Made by a program: the position numbers and the translations under genes
Source: an uncultured archaeon
GTDB taxonomy: Archaea; Asgardarchaeota; Lokiarchaeia; Sigyniarchaeales; SOKP01
NCBI GenBank assembly: GCA_964493715.1
Contig: CAZBPC010000093.1
Span: 1 to 12,858, forward strand
Length of the DNA stretch: 12,858 nucleotides
Reading direction: 5' to 3'
In this document: in pieces, positions 7,633 through 12,858 of the stretch
Numbering within the stretch: the first letter of the stretch is position 1
How the letters are laid out: each line of letters opens with the position of its first letter
Notes under the pieces: model-generated
Database searches by the model: none
Seen by the model: only the letters and a program-made list of their open reading frames with translations
Told to the model about the DNA's origin: nothing

Positions 7633-10107
7633 CTATAACTCAAAAGTTACAATTTTCCACGGATCAATTGGAAAATCATTATTGCCTTCTTTTTCTTTTA
7701 TCTTATATTCTAAGGTTAAAACCTTGATTGGATTCTTCATTATAATCCCCTTTAAATTAAGGTTACATTTCTCATTGGAAGGATTTAATAGCCTAACATA
7801 TGATTTTGATAATCTTGACCAAAGATTTGTGATTCTAAAAGCGGAAGATGGAAAAAGATATGAAGCTGATTTCTGCACTTCTGAGTTTATTCCTTTTATA
7901 ACAATTCCATACAACTTATTGAAGTATCTATCCACCAATTCATATGCTTTAGCTAATGGCTCATTCTTAGTAGATGATAATGCAAATTCAAATGATCCAT
8001 CAGATATTTTGTTATGTAGTGCAAATGATTTGCGGTCTAGCGTAAATTTTTGAGAATTTGATTGAATATATATTAATCCTTGTTCTTCACCCATCAACCA
8101 GACGAAATCTAATGATTGAAATGAATTCCTTTTAGTTTCTTCTATTCCAAATGGATAGTTCAGATATGAACGTGAAATTTTCATTTTAGGAGTAATAATG
8201 ATTTCTTTCATCAAGATCGAATCAAACTTGAATTTTAATATTTCTGATTCAATAGATTGTGTGATCTCTAAATAAAAGCTCTTTTTATTCATCAAACCAT
8301 TTATAACAAATGATTCTTCAATGAAATCTTTGCAGTGTAGAACTTGATTTAATTCATAATCGAATACAGAATTAAATTCTAAAGAGCAAAATGGTTCTTG
8401 CTTGAAATTTATTTCAATTGATTTATTATCTTTGGAGAGGCTTATCTTATAATTAAAATAAGGTTCTTTAAAATTTTCTACTTTTTTATTTCTTTTTATG
8501 GAATATATTTTATAACCGAATGGAGCTATATTTGCAATAAATTTTACTTGTGAGTTTTCCTGCTTGATTTGAACAATCTCTCCTTTTTTCCCTTGTAAAT
8601 AAACATCATCCTCTAATTCTTTAGTAGAATGGATGTTAACAATATCATTTACTTGATATGGAGCTGGATTAAAGATGAAGATGTGGAGAGAGTCATCAAT
8701 CTCTTGCTCATAATGAGATGCAAGTTTCTTTAAATCCTCATTTATAATATCATTGCATGTTTTCTGAATCTCTTTTTGTATCCTGATGCTCAATTTTGAT
8801 ATTGGAGTTTTATCTTTATTAAGGTTTAAATTATTGAATTCTTCCGATGATATTTGTACTTCCGAATAATCTCCATTACGGATATGTGGTACAACATAAT
8901 TATCATGAGCTTGCGTAGTTAAGAACTTTTCCCATAACTCATCCATAAGATCATCTCTAGATCTTTTTTGGTAATGATTAATTATGCAATTTAAGCGTTC
9001 CAATGTCAATAATAGAATTTCACACTTTTTATTGTTTAAAAAAAGTTCTGATTGGGTTAGCGCCATGTCTCCAATGGAGAAAGAATCTCTAGGGAAACAA
9101 AATTCCCCATCGAGGTCAATAGATCGAAATAATTCTGAACAAGTAACGAATTTGCCAAAGAGATTCGTGAATTTTGATACTCTCCATACATCGTCATTAT
9201 AGGGTAGTGCCATTACAAAATCTTCAATTGAAGAGAAGATGAGATGCTTTACAAATGGGCGCGACACTGCTTGGAACATTAAATGGGGTAATTCTCTGAA
9301 ATATCTACCATGCCAGGATTCTCCATTAAACACTCCTGCTTGATCTGTAATAGTATGAATAGACGTACTATCTAAACCTTTCCATATAATATGACCTGAA
9401 GGTGTTGTTGGATTCATTCCTAATAGTCGTGCTCGTAAAGAACAAAAATCTATCCCAAATCCTTTTAATATCTGTGGTATTTGTGGATGAAGGGATGTTT
9501 CGGATGCATAATACATTTTACACTTGAATCCAAGGTCATTTAATATTTTCAACCCATGCTCAAATTGTTTTATATTTGATTCCTCTCTTATAATCAAACT
9601 ATAAGGCTGTGAAAAGGAGGGATTGATAATTTCAAATCGCCCATCTTCATATAAGGTCTTAAATTTCGCAAATTCATTAGGATGATTAATATTTAGCCAT
9701 TTTAAACAAGATATTGCGACTTCGATATTATAAGGCATTTTTGAAACTTTAGCTAATTTCAATTTATCTATGAGTGAATTTAAGGCAAAAAGTGGAGAAT
9801 CAAATTCGCAAAAACCAATATCATTAATTATTATACCTCCATGGCCACCAAAAATGTGATAAAGTTCAGGGATTATCTCCTTTTTTAGCTTTGTGTGCAG
9901 TGATTTTATTATCTTTATAAACTGTTTGTTTCTTTCAGATGAGTCTATATCAAACTTTTGCTGCAAATCTTTTATTTTCTCTCTAAATCGACTTGAATTA
10001 AATTTTCTTTTATTTATAGATATTTTTTCGAAAAATTCTTCAATTAGATCTATAGTTCTATAAAGAGCATTTACATCATCAAGATTAATTGTTTTTGTTT
10101 CTTGCAC
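7633..10107 (-). CDS. Divergent GH38-like (GH38/GH57 superfamily) glycoside hydrolase
   Basis: GRFEIINPSFSQP...EESNIKQFEHG...PQIPQILKGFGI...WKGLDSTSI resembles the GH38 N-terminal barrel. QAHD resembles the middle-domain QxHD, FIFNP the VFNP motif, and YVRLLNP...IDPWKIVTF the GH38 C-terminus. GTG start with GTGATG upstream. Confidence 0.7.
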   Translation of the reverse strand: MQETKTINLDDVNALYRTIDLIEEFFEKISINKRKFNSSRFREKIKDLQQKFDIDSSERNKQFIKIIKSLHTKLKKEIIPELYHIFGGHGGIIINDIGFCEFDSPLFALNSLIDKLKLAKVSKMPYNIEVAISCLKWLNINHPNEFAKFKTLYEDGRFEIINPSFSQPYSLIIREESNIKQFEHGLKILNDLGFKCKMYYASETSLHPQIPQILKGFGIDFCSLRARLLGMNPTTPSGHIIWKGLDSTSIHTITDQAGVFNGESWHGRYFRELPHLMFQAVSRPFVKHLIFSSIEDFVMALPYNDDVWRVSKFTNLFGKFVTCSELFRSIDLDGEFCFPRDSFSIGDMALTQSELFLNNKKCEILLLTLERLNCIINHYQKRSRDDLMDELWEKFLTTQAHDNYVVPHIRNGDYSEVQISSEEFNNLNLNKDKTPISKLSIRIQKEIQKTCNDIINEDLKKLASHYEQEIDDSLHIFIFNPAPYQVNDIVNIHSTKELEDDVYLQGKKGEIVQIKQENSQVKFIANIAPFGYKIYSIKRNKKVENFKEPYFNYKISLSKDNKSIEINFKQEPFCSLEFNSVFDYELNQVLHCKDFIEESFVINGLMNKKSFYLEITQSIESEILKFKFDSILMKEIIITPKMKISRSYLNYPFGIEETKRNSFQSLDFVWLMGEEQGLIYIQSNSQKFTLDRKSFALHNKISDGSFEFALSSTKNEPLAKAYELVDRYFNKLYGIVIKGINSEVQKSASYLFPSSAFRITNLWSRLSKSYVRLLNPSNEKCNLNLKGIIMKNPIKVLTLEYKIKEKEGNNDFPIDPWKIVTFEL

Positions 10108-10149
10108 AAACCATCACAAATGATTCAGTTTTAGTTATATATTAAATTT

Positions 10150-10821
10150 CTAAGGTAAAGGTTTTTCTTTCTCTATATCTGAAGGATTTCTTCCTTTTTC
10201 TAGCTGTTCAAACCACCATTTATCTGTAGATATTATTTCTTGGGCTTTTGATAATACTAATTCGATATGATTTTTTTCAACGATAACTACTCCGTTAATA
10301 TCACCGAAAACTAAATCTCCGGGAGAGATGATCTTTTTTCCGCATTTCACAGGGGTCATTACTGACTCTAAATCTACTATCATTCTCCCTCTTATTGATG
10401 AACAAATTATCCCTCTTGCAAAAATAGGAAAATCCAGAGCAATGACTTGTGATATGTCTCTAACTGGACCGTCTACTAAACCTCCTCTAAAACCCAAGCC
10501 TTTTAATAGCCTACTTGTACTCTGACCGAGCCCCGCAGCGCTCATTTTTTCTGACATGTCCACACACATGATAGGAAATTTAGGTGTTTTTCTAATATAT
10601 TTCACAAGTTTCGCTATGATATTTCTATCTAATGGTTCTTGAGATGGTACCATCTTCATTGTCCCAGCGTATCCCAAAATCCTTGCTCCTACCCACATTG
10701 GTCTAATTCCCGCGTCGATAAAACCAGGCTCAAGACCTAATTCATCAATCGCATCAGACACCGCGCAAGTATATAAATTTGAATATTCTTTGAGAAAAAA
10801 TTCTAATTTGGTATCATTCAT
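10150..10821 (-). CDS. RraA / HMG-CHA aldolase family protein
   Basis: TCAVSDAIDELG, ILGYAGTM, GFRGGLVDGPVRD, DFPIFARG, PVKCG...ISPGDLVFGDINGVVIV. Confidence 0.87.
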   Translation of the reverse strand: MNDTKLEFFLKEYSNLYTCAVSDAIDELGLEPGFIDAGIRPMWVGARILGYAGTMKMVPSQEPLDRNIIAKLVKYIRKTPKFPIMCVDMSEKMSAAGLGQSTSRLLKGLGFRGGLVDGPVRDISQVIALDFPIFARGIICSSIRGRMIVDLESVMTPVKCGKKIISPGDLVFGDINGVVIVEKNHIELVLSKAQEIISTDKWWFEQLEKGRNPSDIEKEKPLP

Positions 10822-10842
10822 ATTTCTTAAGCTTTAAGAATT

Positions 10843-10886
10843 TATTAAAATATAATAAATAGATTGATACTTTTTTTATTATAAAT
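10843..10886. promoter_or_regulatory. Back-to-back TATA boxes of the divergent aldolase-like and dehydratase genes
   Basis: TTTTAATA on the minus strand (10850-10843) lies about 22-29 nt before ATG 10821. TTATAAAT on the plus strand (10879-10886) lies at -30 to -23 from ATG 10909. Confidence 0.45.
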
Positions 10887-10908
10887 TTAATTACACCAAT
10901 CTAAAATA

Positions 10909-12588
10909 ATGGTTAAAATGAATGATGAAGATTTATCCTTGAAGTCAAGAAGTAATCGAATCTTTGAACATACTAAAACAACACCTTTTAATTACGTGAC
11001 AAGAGGTATTATTAAGGGAGCAGGATTAGATGATAAGGATCTTGATAATAAACCTTTTATAGGAATAGCCAATTCCTGGAATGAAATAAATCCCGGACAT
11101 GCACATCTTAATTCACTTGCAGAAGCCGTAAAATATGGAATTATAGAGGCTGGAGGAATTCCATTTGAATTTTGCACTGTAGCACCTTGTGATGGATGGG
11201 CCAATGGAAATGAAGGAATGCGTTATATTCTTCCACATAGAGAAGTCATTGCGGATTCTATTGAATTGATGGTTGAAGCTCATAGTTTAGATGGATTGGT
11301 GACTCTTTCCAGCTGTGACAAGATCAATCCTGCGATGTTGATGGCGGCTATTCGATTAGATATTCCAACTATCTGTGTTCCAGGAGGTCCAAGCTTTTGG
11401 GAAATTGAATTTTCACCAGAATATTTAGGAATAGATGAGAATAATTATGATAATTTTTCTGATAAAGTTAAATGCGTGACTTGCGCAAGTCATGGTGCCT
11501 GTGAAATAATGGGAACTGCGAATACATTTCAATGCATAATGGAGGCATTTGGAATGACTTTACCTAATGCAGCAACAATTCCAGCTGTGACAAATATGAA
11601 ATACGTCTTAGCTCGAAATTCTGGAAAACAAATAATGCAATTACTCAAGGATGAAATAAAACCTTCTCAGATTATGACTAAGAACTCATTAGAAAATGCC
11701 TTAATGGTTGATTTAGCCATTGGGGGATCTACAAATTCTGCTCTACATTTACCTGCTATTGCTTATGAAATGGGAGTTGATTTTGATCTGGAATGGTTCA
11801 ATACATTTAGTAAGAGAATTCCTACTATTGCTAACATATATCCTTCAGGAAAATATGGAGTTGTAGATCTATACAAAGCGGGGGGTATTCCAGCTGTTAT
11901 GAACACGATTAAAGAATTTTTACACTTAGATTGCATGACCGTGTCAGGAAAACCTTTGGGAAAGACTTTTAGAAGATTTAAAGTATTAGATGGTGATATT
12001 ATAAGACCATTGAATAATCCCATTTTTCCCGAAGGTGGAACAGTTATTTTAAAAGGAAATTTAGCTCCGGATGGAGCCGTTGTCAAGCAATCTGGAGTTA
12101 AACACAAAGATATGCTCAAATTTACCGGTCCTGCTAAATGTTATAATTCAGAACAAAATGTTCTTGAAGATTTAGCCATGAATAAAATAGACAATGGTTC
12201 TATACTTATCATTCGATATGAAGGACCAAAAGGGGCTCCTGGTATGCCAGAATTACTAGCAGTCACGGCAACACTGATGTTAAAGAAGAAACTCGATAGA
12301 GTTGCATTAATTACTGATGGAAGGTTCTCTGGTGGCACCTCAGGACCTTGCATTGGACATGTCAGTCCTGAGGCATATGTTGGGGGACCAATCGCAGTTA
12401 TTGAAAATGGTGATATTATCACTATAGATATCCCAAATCGAAAACTCGATGTTAAATTGACAGAGGATCAAATTCGAAAAAGGTTGGAACATTGGACACC
12501 TTTTGAAAAGCCTATTTCAAGTAAAGCATTATTAAAATATAAAAAATTAGTATCCTCTGCCGCAAAAGGAGCGATTTTACAATTCTAA
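10909..12588 (+). CDS. ilvD: IlvD/Edd-family [Fe-S] dehydratase (dihydroxy-acid or sugar-acid dehydratase)
   Basis: KPFIGIANSW, NPGHAHL, APCDG (C94), SCDKINP (C136), GACEIMGTANT (C198), GGSTN, LKGNLAPDGAVVK, IRYEGPKGAPGMPE, TDGRFSGG (catalytic S474), GHVSPEA. The family is certain, the substrate is not. Alternative start at ATG 10918. Confidence 0.9.
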   Translation: MVKMNDEDLSLKSRSNRIFEHTKTTPFNYVTRGIIKGAGLDDKDLDNKPFIGIANSWNEINPGHAHLNSLAEAVKYGIIEAGGIPFEFCTVAPCDGWANGNEGMRYILPHREVIADSIELMVEAHSLDGLVTLSSCDKINPAMLMAAIRLDIPTICVPGGPSFWEIEFSPEYLGIDENNYDNFSDKVKCVTCASHGACEIMGTANTFQCIMEAFGMTLPNAATIPAVTNMKYVLARNSGKQIMQLLKDEIKPSQIMTKNSLENALMVDLAIGGSTNSALHLPAIAYEMGVDFDLEWFNTFSKRIPTIANIYPSGKYGVVDLYKAGGIPAVMNTIKEFLHLDCMTVSGKPLGKTFRRFKVLDGDIIRPLNNPIFPEGGTVILKGNLAPDGAVVKQSGVKHKDMLKFTGPAKCYNSEQNVLEDLAMNKIDNGSILIIRYEGPKGAPGMPELLAVTATLMLKKKLDRVALITDGRFSGGTSGPCIGHVSPEAYVGGPIAVIENGDIITIDIPNRKLDVKLTEDQIRKRLEHWTPFEKPISSKALLKYKKLVSSAAKGAILQF

Positions 12589-12796
12589 AATAAGATTAAT
12601 TAAATTACAATTTTAGAATATTGTATGTATAATAGTAATAATACATATTGCGGATTTGTATGAAATGGATGGTTTTGGTTGATTTTGGTTTTTCTCCACT
12701 TTTTTTGTATTAGAATTTATATTAAAGGTATCTTAGAAAGCGGGCATCAATTATTATTACATCAAAAATTAGCACGTTCACATCCTAGAATTTAGG

Positions 12797-12858
12797 ATGG
12801 ATGCATTTATAGAAATAACATCAAATCTCATTTTTTCAATGAGGGAAATTCGAAAGGT
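12797..12858 (+). CDS. Possible 5' end of a gene running off the window
   Basis: Open frame MDAFIEITSNLIFSMREIRK from ATG 12797, with a second ATG at 12839. Too short to identify. Confidence 0.2.
   Translation, partial: MDAFIEITSNLIFSMREIRK

Noticed and set aside
7682-9202. Plus-strand ORFs 7682-8053 and 8984-9202
   Set aside because: Antisense within the glycoside hydrolase gene, with no motifs.
10328-10525. 65-aa plus-strand ORF
   Set aside because: Antisense to the RraA-family gene.
10992-12422. Minus-strand ORFs 10992-11204, 11763-12119 and 12141-12422
   Set aside because: Antisense shadows of the conserved dehydratase.
12589-12858. tRNA, CRISPR array, IS end or small minus-strand ORF in the terminal region
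   Set aside because: No cloverleaf, no repeat-spacer periodicity and no transposase. The roughly 28-codon minus-strand frame has no support.

Overview
AT-rich, densely coding window with ten intact metabolic genes arranged in alternating divergent and convergent pairs. I see no RNA genes, CRISPR arrays or mobile elements. TATA-like boxes about 25-30 nt upstream of several starts, a GGTGA-type Shine-Dalgarno site and the gene families present suggest an archaeon, plausibly Asgard/Lokiarchaeia; this is inference only. The left part is an acyl-CoA cluster: DUF35 Zn-ribbon/OB-fold protein, split methylmalonyl-CoA mutase large subunit, NDP-forming acyl-CoA synthetase alpha subunit and PaaI thioesterase. 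The middle holds an MFS transporter, a PHP phosphoesterase and a membrane-inserted M28 peptidase. The right part is the most interesting: a divergent GH38/GH57-like glycoside hydrolase, an RraA/HMG-aldolase-family protein with a non-canonical metal motif, and a divergently transcribed atypical IlvD/Edd dehydratase. Together they may form an undescribed glycoside/sugar-acid catabolic module. All family calls are from motif recognition by eye; no searches were run.
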